A DNA stretch of 64,000 nt from an uncultured Chloroflexia bacterium. Its GTDB lineage: Bacteria > Chloroflexota > Limnocylindria > Limnocylindrales > CSP1-4. Positions 1 through 8,825 of this stretch are shown here, one piece after another (position 1 is the stretch's first letter; every line of letters begins with the position of its first letter). Under the pieces are notes generated by a model that ran no database searches, was not told the DNA's origin, and saw only the letters and a program-made list of their open reading frames with translations. The DNA lies in contig CAWFXA010000001.1 in assembly GCA_963819655.1 (NCBI GenBank), positions 327,155 to 391,154 on the forward strand, written 5' to 3'. Position numbers and translations under genes: made by a program.

Positions 1-1084
1 CGCGGCCGTGACCGAGCGCGGCTTCGGGGCGAATGTCGTGTCGCGCGGGGAGTGGGCGCTGGCGCGCCGAGCCGGTGTCCCGAATGAGCGCATCACGCTC
101 GAGGGGATCGGCAAGACCCCGGCCGACCTGCGCGCCGCCGCGCGCGCCGCACGCGACGGCGAGCCGCTGCGCTGGATCGCCCTCGAGTCGCCGGAGGAGG
201 CCGAGGCGCTCGCGACGGAGGCAACCCGCGTCGATGCGCCGCGCATGGACGTCCTGTACCGGCTCAACCCCGATGTTGCGCCCGAGACGTTGACAGGCCT
301 CGCGGTCGGAGCCGGGGCAACGAAGTTCGGCATGACCGAGACGGAGATCGGGACGGCGATCGAGGCCGGGGGCGGGCCCGACGGCCCGCTCCGCTCGCGC
401 GGCATCCACCTCCATGTCGGGTCGCAACTGGGTGCGGTCGATGCGTGGCGCGACGCGGTGCGCAAGACGCTGGCGCTGGCCGCCCTCTGGCGCGGCTCGA
501 TCGAGTCGTTCGACACGGTCGATCTCGGCGGCGGGTTCCCGATCCGTCCGACCGACGAGCCATCACCGAGCCCGGAACGCTTCGCGCGCGAGCTCGGCCC
601 GTTGCTGGCGGCGGTCCCCGAGGACCGTCGCCCGACACGCCTGGCGATCGAACCCGGACGCGCGCTCGTGGCGAGGGCCGGGTGGCTCGTAGCGCGCGTC
701 CTCCATGTGCGCGACCGCGCCGGACCCCAGGTGATCCTGGACGCGGGTATGACCGAGCTGATCCGTCCCGCGCTGTACGGCGCGCGTCACCCGATCGTCG
801 CGTTGACGTCAGGCGGCCGTCCGGTCGATGCGACACCTGGACCGGACGCGATGTCCCCGGTGCGTGTCGAGGGCCCGATCTGCGAATCGACCGACTCGCT
901 CGGGACGCACGACCTCCCTCTTCTGCGGCGCGGGGACATCGTGGCGATCGCCGACGCCGGCGCGTACGCGGCGTCGCTCGGTTCTGCGTACAACGGGCGC
1001 CCGCGGCCACCGCAGGTCCTCCTCGCCCCGGACGGGGGTCTGGCCCTCGGCCGGCGGCGTGGCACGCTCGCCGCCCTCGGCTGA
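1..1084 (+). CDS. lysA: Diaminopimelate decarboxylase, C-terminal ~360 aa; 5' end lies upstream of the window
   Basis: Fold-type III PLP decarboxylase motifs GIHLHVGSQ, EPGRALVA and GPICESTD are present. The frame is open from base 2 with no plausible start codon inside the window. Confidence 0.7.
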   Translation, partial: AAVTERGFGANVVSRGEWALARRAGVPNERITLEGIGKTPADLRAAARAARDGEPLRWIALESPEEAEALATEATRVDAPRMDVLYRLNPDVAPETLTGLAVGAGATKFGMTETEIGTAIEAGGGPDGPLRSRGIHLHVGSQLGAVDAWRDAVRKTLALAALWRGSIESFDTVDLGGGFPIRPTDEPSPSPERFARELGPLLAAVPEDRRPTRLAIEPGRALVARAGWLVARVLHVRDRAGPQVILDAGMTELIRPALYGARHPIVALTSGGRPVDATPGPDAMSPVRVEGPICESTDSLGTHDLPLLRRGDIVAIADAGAYAASLGSAYNGRPRPPQVLLAPDGGLALGRRRGTLAALG

Positions 1085-1093
1085 CGCGCCGCT

Positions 1094-3340
1094 ATGCTGC
1101 GGGCCATGGAGCGCCCCGTCCGTCGCCGGCCCCACGCGGCCGGCCTCGCTTTTCTGGCCGTGCTCGGCCTGGCGTTGCCCAGCGCCGCCGCGGCCGCCGG
1201 CCCGCCGTTCCCCGATCCCGTCGACGGCCAGGCGGTCTACGACACGGCCGAGCTGTTCACACAGGAAACGCGCGAGCAGGCCGAGCTCATCATCGACGCG
1301 ATCGAGGCTCAGACGAAGGCCGAGGTCGTCGTCTACACGCAGGGTCTCGGCCGCGACGACATCACGACCGATGAGGCCGAATCAGACGCCGAGGCGCTCA
1401 TGGACCAATGGGGCGTCGGCCGGATCGGGCTGAATGACGGGCTGGTCATCCTGTTCGACCTCGACACCACCATGCGCCACGGGCAGGTCCAGCTGTATGC
1501 CGGCCCGGGCTTCTCGTCGTCGTACCTGTCGAACGAGGAGCGCCAGGCGATCTACGAGGGGACGATGCTCCCGCTCCTGGCTGACGGGAACTTCGACGAC
1601 GCGCTGCTCGCGGCTCTCGCGGAGGTCGTCAACGCGACGTTCGACGGGTCGCCGCCGGGGTCGCCTGAGCAGCCGAGCGGCCCGGTCATCGCCCCCGGGC
1701 CGCCGTTCCCGGAACCCGAGGTCGATCGCGCCGTGTACGACTTCGCCGGCATCCTGTCGGCCGACGCGATCGTCCGCGCCGAATCGACGATCGATGCCAT
1801 CGAGGCGCGGACCGCGGCCGAGATCGTCGTGTATACCGAGCTCGTCGACTACGGCGGGTCGCCGGGGGAGACCGAGTCCCGCGCGATCGCGCTGATCGAT
1901 CAATGGGGCGTCGGCCGGCAGGGCTTCGACGACGGCCTGGCGATCTTCTTCGACATCGATCCCTCGCTCGAGCACGGCCAGGTCCAGCTGTATGCCGCGC
2001 CCGGCTTCGAGGCGACCTATCTGTCGAACAGCGAGCGCCAGCGGATCTTCGAGGACGACATGGTCCCGCACCTTCGGGAGGCGGATTTTGACGGTGCGTT
2101 GGATGCCGCGATGGCCAAGATCGATGCCGTGGCCACGCCCGGGAACGCGGCACGCCTGCAGGCGGGTCGGCAGTTCAACGCGGTGCTGGGGCTGATCGGC
2201 GCACCGATCGTGTTGCTCGGGCTGGCGGGCTGGGCGTTCTTCTCCTGGCGGCGCTTCGGCAAGGACCCCGTGTACCTCGACGACCCGTCGATCCTGATGC
2301 CCGCTCCACCGCCCGACCTGACCGCCGCGTCCGGCGCGTTCGTGATGGACGGCGGCACATCCCGGCGCGCGCTCACGACCGCGATGCTCGACCTCGCGTC
2401 GCGTGGCCTCATCTCGTTCCGCGAGGACAAGGGTCTGCTCGGCCTGTCGCACAAGGTCGGCGTCGACACCGATCCCGAGCGAGGCGGCGACGTCGAGGAG
2501 GCGCAGCGGGCCCGTAACGCCCGCCGGCCCATCGGTCCCGCGGAGGACCACGCGCTCCGCCACCTCCGGAGCCTGGCCAAGGACGAGGGGTTCATCGAGC
2601 CCGACGAGCTCCCGTCGTTCGGGGCCTCGGTCAGCGACTTCGACAGGAAGCTCGAGGATCACGTCGTCCATGGCGGCTGGATGGTCGAGCAGCCGCGCAG
2701 GGTCATCGCGCGCTGGGTCGCCAAGGGGATCCTGGCGATCGCGGCCGGTGCGGTCGCGATCTTCCTCGGCGTCAACGTGCCGATCTCGGGGCTCGTGCTC
2801 ATTGGCGTGGCGGCCATCGCCGGCGGAGTGGTGATCATCGTTTTCGCGCGGAGCATGCCGACCGTGACGATGGCAGGGTCGATGATCCGGGCCATGCTGG
2901 CGGCCTACCGGCGGACGCTGCACAAGACGATGGAGCAGGCGCGCTCGATGCAGCAGGTCGTCGACCAGGCCGGTCTGACCTGGCTCGAGACGCCGGACCA
3001 GGCGGTCGTGTGGGGCACGGCGCTGGGGCTGCAGAACGACATCGAGGATGTGCTCAAGCGCTCGCTCGAGGACGTGCGCGAATCGCCGAACCTCGCGTCG
3101 TCGACGTATTTCCCGATCTGGTACAGCTCGTCCGACGGCTCGTCGGTCGCGAGTGGCATGGCGAGCAGCGGCGGGTCGATCTTCTCGGGATCGGCCGTGC
3201 CCGACCTCGGCGGGATGATGTCGGCGCTCGGCACCATCGGGAACTCCCCGTCGTCGTCGGGGGGTAGCGGCAGCGGTGGCGGCGGGTTCGGCGGCGGCTC
3301 CTCGGGCGGTGGCGGCGGAGGCGCCGGCGGCGGGTTCTAG
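1094..3340 (+). CDS. Secreted/membrane protein with two tandem TPM (TLP18.3/Psb32/MOLO-1) domains, a DUF2207-like transmembrane region and a Gly/Ser-rich C-terminal tail
   Basis: N-terminal signal peptide. An internally duplicated ~155-aa module (GPPFPDP...VVVYT...DQWGVGR...HGQVQLYAGPGF...YLSNEERQ versus GPPFPEP...IVVYT...DQWGVGRQ...HGQVQLYAAPGF...YLSNSERQ). Hydrophobic helices in the C-terminal half. The tail ends GGSGSGGGGFGGGSSGGGGGGAGGGF. Confidence 0.7.
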   Translation: MLRAMERPVRRRPHAAGLAFLAVLGLALPSAAAAAGPPFPDPVDGQAVYDTAELFTQETREQAELIIDAIEAQTKAEVVVYTQGLGRDDITTDEAESDAEALMDQWGVGRIGLNDGLVILFDLDTTMRHGQVQLYAGPGFSSSYLSNEERQAIYEGTMLPLLADGNFDDALLAALAEVVNATFDGSPPGSPEQPSGPVIAPGPPFPEPEVDRAVYDFAGILSADAIVRAESTIDAIEARTAAEIVVYTELVDYGGSPGETESRAIALIDQWGVGRQGFDDGLAIFFDIDPSLEHGQVQLYAAPGFEATYLSNSERQRIFEDDMVPHLREADFDGALDAAMAKIDAVATPGNAARLQAGRQFNAVLGLIGAPIVLLGLAGWAFFSWRRFGKDPVYLDDPSILMPAPPPDLTAASGAFVMDGGTSRRALTTAMLDLASRGLISFREDKGLLGLSHKVGVDTDPERGGDVEEAQRARNARRPIGPAEDHALRHLRSLAKDEGFIEPDELPSFGASVSDFDRKLEDHVVHGGWMVEQPRRVIARWVAKGILAIAAGAVAIFLGVNVPISGLVLIGVAAIAGGVVIIVFARSMPTVTMAGSMIRAMLAAYRRTLHKTMEQARSMQQVVDQAGLTWLETPDQAVVWGTALGLQNDIEDVLKRSLEDVRESPNLASSTYFPIWYSSSDGSSVASGMASSGGSIFSGSAVPDLGGMMSALGTIGNSPSSSGGSGSGGGGFGGGSSGGGGGGAGGGF

Positions 3341-4037
3341 GCTCCTGCTCCGGCCGCGCGCTCCGGCCGCGCTCGCAGGTCGCACTCGACCCGCGAATCA
3401 CCGCTGCCCGGTGCTATCGACCACGAAGACCCACTCAGTCCGCACGTTTACACCGCCCAACGACGAGATCGACCGCCGCCGAGGACCTCCGCCGTCGGAA
3501 TCACCGGCCGGCGGTGGATCTGCCGACGTGCTTCGCTGGTATCACCTCACAGCGGTGGTCCGCGTGCGGCAATGTCCCTCGCCGGGACTATGTCTGCTAC
3601 TCCTCGCGAACGGAGGAGTGACCTCCCGCAGGGACGCCTCGCAGTCGGCGACATCCTCTCGTGGGCACGACAGCCGTAGCGCCCACGGTCCCAGTTCCGT
3701 GGCGATGTAGTACTGCAGGTGGACGATGTCGTCGCCACCTGGCTCCGCGTTCATCATCTCCAGGCGGAGCGCTTCGCCGAGCTGAAGGTGGACGCGCCCA
3801 AGGGAGCGGATCCGCATCTCGGTCGCATTCGGATGGATGCCATATCGCCATCGGCTGAGCGGCGACGCAAGCGACTCGGTCTTCTCCGCCTCCCGTCCGA
3901 GGACCATACGCCGGGTCGCCAGCTTGGCAGGATCGATGTCACATCGGGCCGCCACCGACTCCGGCCCGCAGATGGAACGGTTCGAGGATGAGACTGCCCT
4001 AGTCTGTGAGCGCGGCGACAACCGTCGCGCCGCATGG

Positions 4038-4601
4038 ATGACGAGGATGGATCGAACACTCGTCGAACGGGCACGTCAGGGCGATCACGCCGCCTTCGCC
4101 ATCCTGGCGGAGTCGGCGACCGATCGGCTGTACGGCGTCGCGACGCTCATCCTTCGGGATCCTGACCGCGCCCAGGACGCGGTCCAGGAGGCGCTCATCT
4201 CCGCCTGGAGAGATGTGCGGGCCCTGCGGGATCCCGATGCGTGGGACGCGTGGATCCATCGACTCGTGGTCAGAGCGTGTTACCGAGAGGCCGACCGACA
4301 CCGTCGGCGGCGATTGATCGTCGACACGTTCGATCCGACCCCGCCGAGCATCGGCGATGCGTCGGCAGATCTCGCCGACCGCGACGAGATCGAGCGCGGC
4401 TTCCGACGGCTGACCGTCGAGCAGCGCGCGATCCTCGTATTGCACTTCCACGGCGGGCTATCGGCGGCCGAGACCGGCAACGTCCTTGGGATCCCCGAGG
4501 GCACGGCGAAGTCTCGGCTCAATCGGGCACTGCATGCGATGCGTGCGGCGCTCGAGGCCGACGCCCGATCCACTCAGCTCAATCCGGGGCGACTGGCATG
4601 A
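4038..4601 (+). CDS. ECF (sigma-70 family) RNA polymerase sigma factor
   Basis: Region 2 (DAVQEALISAWRDVRALRD) and region 4 (LTVEQRAILVLHFHGGLSAAETGNVLGIPEGTAKSRLNRA) are recognisable. Start taken at the internal ATG MTRMDRTLVERARQGD; the ORF upstream of that in the same frame looks non-coding. The stop overlaps the next gene's start (ATGA). Confidence 0.85.
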   Translation: MTRMDRTLVERARQGDHAAFAILAESATDRLYGVATLILRDPDRAQDAVQEALISAWRDVRALRDPDAWDAWIHRLVVRACYREADRHRRRRLIVDTFDPTPPSIGDASADLADRDEIERGFRRLTVEQRAILVLHFHGGLSAAETGNVLGIPEGTAKSRLNRALHAMRAALEADARSTQLNPGRLA

Positions 4602-5857
4602 ACGCGTCGCACGACATCGAACGAGACCTCGCACGGTGGATGGAGGCCGTCGCGCCGTCGCGGGCGCCCGACAACCTCGCGCCTGGGATCGTCGAACGAA
4701 CACGCTCGTTGCGGCCGCGTCCAGGTTGGCTCGCCCGCCTCATGGAGCCTCCGATGCAGACGCAACTTTCGTTGAGGAACTACTTTGGCTTCGGCCGATC
4801 CGCGCGGTTGATCCTCGTCGGCCTGCTGATCCTCGCCCTCACGGTCGGTGGGATCGTCGTGGGAAGCCAGCTCTTGCAGCAGCGACCCCTACCCCCTCCG
4901 TTCGGCCTCGCCGGCAATGGGTTGCTCGCAGCGAACGTCAACGGCGAGATCGTCCTCATGGAGCCTGACGGGTCGACCGCACAACCTCTCGTGCTGCCCT
5001 TCGAAGGCGTCACCGGGACCTCGTTCTCGCGCGACGGAACCAGGATCGCCGCGTGGGCGACTCCGGACACCGGTCGCGGGAGTCAGAAGTCGCTGATCGT
5101 CGCGAACGCAGATGGATCCGAGGCCTTCGAGGTCGACACTGCCAAGCTCGTCGGCGACCCTGGTTTTCGGATCGCCTGGTCACCGGACGATCGACGTCTG
5201 GCCTTCAGCGGGTCAGGCAATCGGCTGTACGTCGCCGACATCGACGCCCGAACGATCAGTGAACTCGGACCGGACGAGTCGATCAAGTTCCGCAAGGATC
5301 CCGCTTGGGCTCCGGACGGACGGCTCGCCTACCAATGCACGACCAGCGGCGTGCCGCACCTCTGCGTCATGAGTGCGGATTTTCAAGTCGAGCAGATGCT
5401 GCAGACGTCGGCCGGAACCGAGTTTGCGTTCCACGCCCCGTCGTGGTCACACGATGGCAGGTCGATCGCCTACCAGGTCGACGATACGATCGATCCCCAG
5501 CCTGGCGGCGGCTTCGGTTGGGACGTGGCCACGATCGACGTCGTCACCGGGAAAGAGAAGGTCCTCACGCGCGGCTTTGCGGACCACACCATCCTGCCGG
5601 TCTGGAGCCCGGACGACCGGCATCTGCTGTTCCTGACGGAAGGCGGTCCGGGTGTCGTGCGGTCCGACGGAACGGACCTGCGACTATTCGGGCAGACGGC
5701 GTGCCCATGGATCGAGCCGTCGCCCGATGGCGCATTTGCGACCTGCCCATCTGGCAACGAAGTCGTGCTGTACCCGATCGAGAGTGGCGGCCAGCCAACG
5801 GTCATCGAACTCGGAGGTCCGGTCGAATCCGTCAACTGGCAGCGCGTGGCCAACTGA
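4598..5857 (+). CDS. Anti-sigma factor: cytoplasmic N-domain, one TM helix, periplasmic TolB-like PD40 beta-propeller
   Basis: ATGA overlap with the upstream sigma gene. TM segment LILVGLLILALTVGGIVVG. Repeated W(S/A)PDxR(R/L)(L/A)(A/F) motifs (WSPDDRRLAF, WAPDGRLAY, WSHDGRSIAY, WSPDDRHLLF, PSPDGAFA). Confidence 0.75.
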   Translation: MNASHDIERDLARWMEAVAPSRAPDNLAPGIVERTRSLRPRPGWLARLMEPPMQTQLSLRNYFGFGRSARLILVGLLILALTVGGIVVGSQLLQQRPLPPPFGLAGNGLLAANVNGEIVLMEPDGSTAQPLVLPFEGVTGTSFSRDGTRIAAWATPDTGRGSQKSLIVANADGSEAFEVDTAKLVGDPGFRIAWSPDDRRLAFSGSGNRLYVADIDARTISELGPDESIKFRKDPAWAPDGRLAYQCTTSGVPHLCVMSADFQVEQMLQTSAGTEFAFHAPSWSHDGRSIAYQVDDTIDPQPGGGFGWDVATIDVVTGKEKVLTRGFADHTILPVWSPDDRHLLFLTEGGPGVVRSDGTDLRLFGQTACPWIEPSPDGAFATCPSGNEVVLYPIESGGQPTVIELGGPVESVNWQRVAN

Positions 5858-5877
5858 CTCCGCGATCCGGGCTTGGA

Positions 5878-5921
5878 ACGGCTGCGGCTCGGCTGCAGCC
5901 GTTTCTCGCTTTTCGTTTCGG
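5878..5921 (+). terminator. Rho-independent terminator candidate downstream of the anti-sigma gene
   Basis: GC-rich hairpin ACGGCTGCGG-CTCG-GCTGCAGCCGT followed by the T-rich tract TTCTCGCTTTTCGTTTCGG. Confidence 0.5.
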
Positions 5922-5996
5922 CCTGGCCTGATCCCCGACGGACTCGAGCGAGAACGCCCAAGGTACAGCCGGGCGACCTGGCTAGGCGTCCGAATG

Positions 5997-6203
5997 TCAC
6001 CGGCGATAGTCGGCGCCGATCGACCGGGGAACGGCGAACGGCATCTCGTCGTGCGAGTGGATGCCAGCCTTGGCGAGGTCCATCAGCGCCAGCAGGTCGT
6101 CGTCCGTCGGCAGGCGGAGCACCGGGCGCTCCGAGCGGATCCGCAGCCCGTAGATCGGCCAGGCAGCGGCGAGTGACGTGGCCACGGGCTCGACGGCGTG
6201 CAT
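5997..6203 (-). pseudogene. Possible remnant of a GNAT-like N-terminus (68-aa ORF) in a 370-bp gap
   Basis: The sequence ...LRLPTDDDLLALMDLAKAGIHSHDEMPF resembles the N-terminal strand/helix of RimJ/RimL-type acetyltransferases but stops after 68 aa. Weak support. Confidence 0.2.
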
Positions 6204-6228
6204 GGGCGCCCGACGCTACACTCCGGCC

Positions 6229-6558
6229 ATGGGTGCTGTCGAGACGATGGAAGACTTCTTCGAGAAGCTGAATGCCGGCGATCGCCAGGGCGCGGTCGAC
6301 CTGATGGACGAGAAGACCGAGATGCGCGTCCACGTCGGCGACAACGTCCAGACGCTCCGCGGGGTCGAGCGGGTGGGTGGTTGGTTCCTGCGCGGCGACG
6401 CAGGCCTCCGGATGATCCCGGGCGAGATCCGTGACACCGGCAACACCTATGAAGCCGACCTCCTGGTCGTGCGCCCAGGCGCGCCGACCCAGCACATCGA
6501 CGCCACGTTCCGGGTCGAGGCAGGACGGATCACAGCGATCAACATCGCGCCGCGCTAA
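6229..6558 (+). CDS. NTF2/SnoaL-like (ketosteroid-isomerase-like fold) small protein
   Basis: About 110 aa with the composition typical of SnoaL/DUF4440 domains (MEDFFEKLNAGDRQGAVDLMDE...RVEAGRITAINIAP). Start chosen at the internal ATG; the upstream extension is Arg-rich and looks non-coding. Confidence 0.5.
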   Translation: MGAVETMEDFFEKLNAGDRQGAVDLMDEKTEMRVHVGDNVQTLRGVERVGGWFLRGDAGLRMIPGEIRDTGNTYEADLLVVRPGAPTQHIDATFRVEAGRITAINIAPR

Positions 6559-6566
6559 GACGGCCG

Positions 6567-7853
6567 CTACGACGGCGAGGGCGACGCCTCGGCCGGGACC
6601 TCCTCGGTCACCGGCACCGGGATGATGATCTCGTCGCCGACCTTGATCCGGTTCGGGTTCGAGATGCGGTCCTTGTTGGCCTCCAGCAACGCGTCGAGCG
6701 TCACATTGAACTCGCGCGCGATCCGCGACAGCGTGTCACCCGCCTTGATGACATAGGTCTGCGGGGTCGGGTCCGGGATCGGGGTTGGCTCAGTCGACGG
6801 GGTCGCCACCGCGACGGACGGGCTCGCGCTGGACGCGCCGCCGCCACCATTCGGACCGCCGACGCCGAGCAATGCCGGCAGGAAGAACAGGATCAGCGCG
6901 GCAAGAACCACGCCGCCGAAGAGGATCCCCACGGTCGGGATCGCCGGGAGACCCGAGAGCCCGGCCCGCGTCTTGATCGACGGGTACGCCTCATTGCGAC
7001 GCTGGCGCTCCCAGAGCGGCCCATCGTTGTCGGCTCGATCGGCCGCTCGATCGCGAGTGCGACCGCCGTCGCGCGTCGAACTGACGGTCGGGCGCCGCGC
7101 CGGTCGCGTCGGCGGTCGCACGACCGGATGGGCTTCGTCCTCCTCGGCCTGGCGCGCTGTGCGCCCGACGAGCCCGGCCAGGTCCGGGTCGGCGGGGACG
7201 GCCGGGCTGTCCTGCGGGGGCGACGGTGGGCGCGGCGATGAGCGCTGGCCCCACTCATCTGTGACGGCACCGCCTAGCGCCAGCCGGTCCGCGGCGCTGC
7301 CGGCCAGGCCCTGTCCCTCTGCCGGGACGGGCTGTCGATCGGCAGCATCGTCGGGGCGCGGCCCTTCGCGCCGCGGCCCACCGCCGCCCGGGCCAGACGC
7401 CCACGGTGGCGGGGCGGCCCAGTCGCGGGGCGGATTGCGCCGAGGGGGATCCTCGAGCGGCGGTTCCGGCCTGGCCTGGCCCCAGAGATCGGCGTCGGCG
7501 TCGGCATCCCCGTCGTCGGCGGCGCTCAGGATCGCTCCGGCCGCGACCGCATCGGCAGGCCCCACATCAGCGAGCCCCGCCCCGTCGTCATCTGTAACCG
7601 CAGCGACGGCCGCGCCCGGGATGGCACGAGCGGCCTCCCGCCGCGCCCATTCCTGGAAGGTCGGGCAGACGGGGAACGCGGACGAGAGGCAGTACGCCTC
7701 CTGGTGGGCGAGGGCGCGCGGTGCCGGCTCCGTCTCGGCGAAGCACCGGTGGCGGTGATCCGGCCGATCGGCGCGCTCGTCGCGATCGTCCTCGAATGCG
7801 ACGAACGGGCAGGCCGATGAACCGTCCGCGCTGGGCAACCCTCGGTCCGTCAT
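6567..7853 (-). CDS. LysM peptidoglycan-binding domain membrane protein with an N-terminal Cys4 motif and a Pro/Ala-rich linker
   Basis: C-terminal LysM (YVIKAGDTLSRIAREFNVTLDALLEANKDRISNPNRIKVGDEIIIP). One TM helix (ILFGGVVLAALILFFLPALLGV). N-terminal CPF...HRC...C...CP. Start taken at MTDRGLPSADG. Confidence 0.7.
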   Translation of the reverse strand: MTDRGLPSADGSSACPFVAFEDDRDERADRPDHRHRCFAETEPAPRALAHQEAYCLSSAFPVCPTFQEWARREAARAIPGAAVAAVTDDDGAGLADVGPADAVAAGAILSAADDGDADADADLWGQARPEPPLEDPPRRNPPRDWAAPPPWASGPGGGGPRREGPRPDDAADRQPVPAEGQGLAGSAADRLALGGAVTDEWGQRSSPRPPSPPQDSPAVPADPDLAGLVGRTARQAEEDEAHPVVRPPTRPARRPTVSSTRDGGRTRDRAADRADNDGPLWERQRRNEAYPSIKTRAGLSGLPAIPTVGILFGGVVLAALILFFLPALLGVGGPNGGGGASSASPSVAVATPSTEPTPIPDPTPQTYVIKAGDTLSRIAREFNVTLDALLEANKDRISNPNRIKVGDEIIIPVPVTEEVPAEASPSPS

Positions 7854-8000
7854 CCGGTCGATGATACCCGCGGTGCTGCCGATGTTCCGGTGCGTCGACA
7901 CCCCAACCCTTCCGTGCCACCCCGCGAGAGGCGGTTGCCACGCAACACGTGGTAACCGGTCGTTGCCCGGGCAGAAATACGTCGCCAGCACGCTTGGTCA

Positions 8001-8825
8001 ATGGAATCATCGACGCTCACCCTGCACACCGCCGATCGGATCGAGCCCTCCACGGCCGCCGTGCCGGTCGGCCCTGGTCTCGACCCCGGATCGGCCAAAC
8101 CGCGGTCCGCCGAGATGCACCCGGGCCCGGGCTTCAGGCTCCGCTACGACATCGACCGGCCGAGCCCGGCGATCCTCGAGCGCCTCGGCCGTTTCGACAC
8201 CCCATCGATCTCGGACCAGCTGAACCGGCTGTTCACGATGTCGGCGGCGATCCAGCTCCAGACAGATCCGCAGCATCGGATCCTCGGGCCGGCCGTCACG
8301 GTGAAGGTGTTCCCCGGCGACAACCTCATGGTCCACAAGAGCCTGGACATCGCCAGGCCCGGCGACATCCTGGTGGTCGACGCGAGCGGCTCCGCGCTGA
8401 CGGCGGTGCTCGGCGACCTCATCTCGACGAAGGCGCGGCACCGCGGCATCGCCGGCGTGGTGATCGACGGCCTGGTGCGCGACCTCCCGGCCATCCAGGC
8501 CCTCGGCGACTTCCCGGTCTTCGCACGCGGCGTCACCCCGATCGGTCCGCTCCACCGCGGACCCGGCGAGGTCAACTTCCCGATCTCGGCCGGAGGCATT
8601 GTGGTCAATCCCGGTGATGTCATCTCCGGCGATCTCAACGGCGTCGTGGTAATCCCGCGCGACGTGCTGCCCGCGATCCTGCAGCGGCTCGAGATCCGAG
8701 AGGCCATCGAGGCCGAGTACCACGCCGCCGTCCAGCGCGGCGACTTCTCCAACGCGTGGGTCGACCAGACCCTCGAGGAGGCCGGCGTCGCGGTCGCTCC
8801 GGACCCGACGATCGGCCTTCGGTGA
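8001..8825 (+). CDS. RraA-family protein (4-hydroxy-4-methyl-2-oxoglutarate aldolase / oxaloacetate decarboxylase-like; regulator of RNase E activity A fold)
   Basis: Family signature GIAGVVIDGLVRD and overall RraA/MenG-like topology. An alternative start at the internal MHPGPGF (~8115) would give 237 aa. The stop overlaps the GTG start of the next gene (GTGA). Confidence 0.8.
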   Translation: MESSTLTLHTADRIEPSTAAVPVGPGLDPGSAKPRSAEMHPGPGFRLRYDIDRPSPAILERLGRFDTPSISDQLNRLFTMSAAIQLQTDPQHRILGPAVTVKVFPGDNLMVHKSLDIARPGDILVVDASGSALTAVLGDLISTKARHRGIAGVVIDGLVRDLPAIQALGDFPVFARGVTPIGPLHRGPGEVNFPISAGGIVVNPGDVISGDLNGVVVIPRDVLPAILQRLEIREAIEAEYHAAVQRGDFSNAWVDQTLEEAGVAVAPDPTIGLR

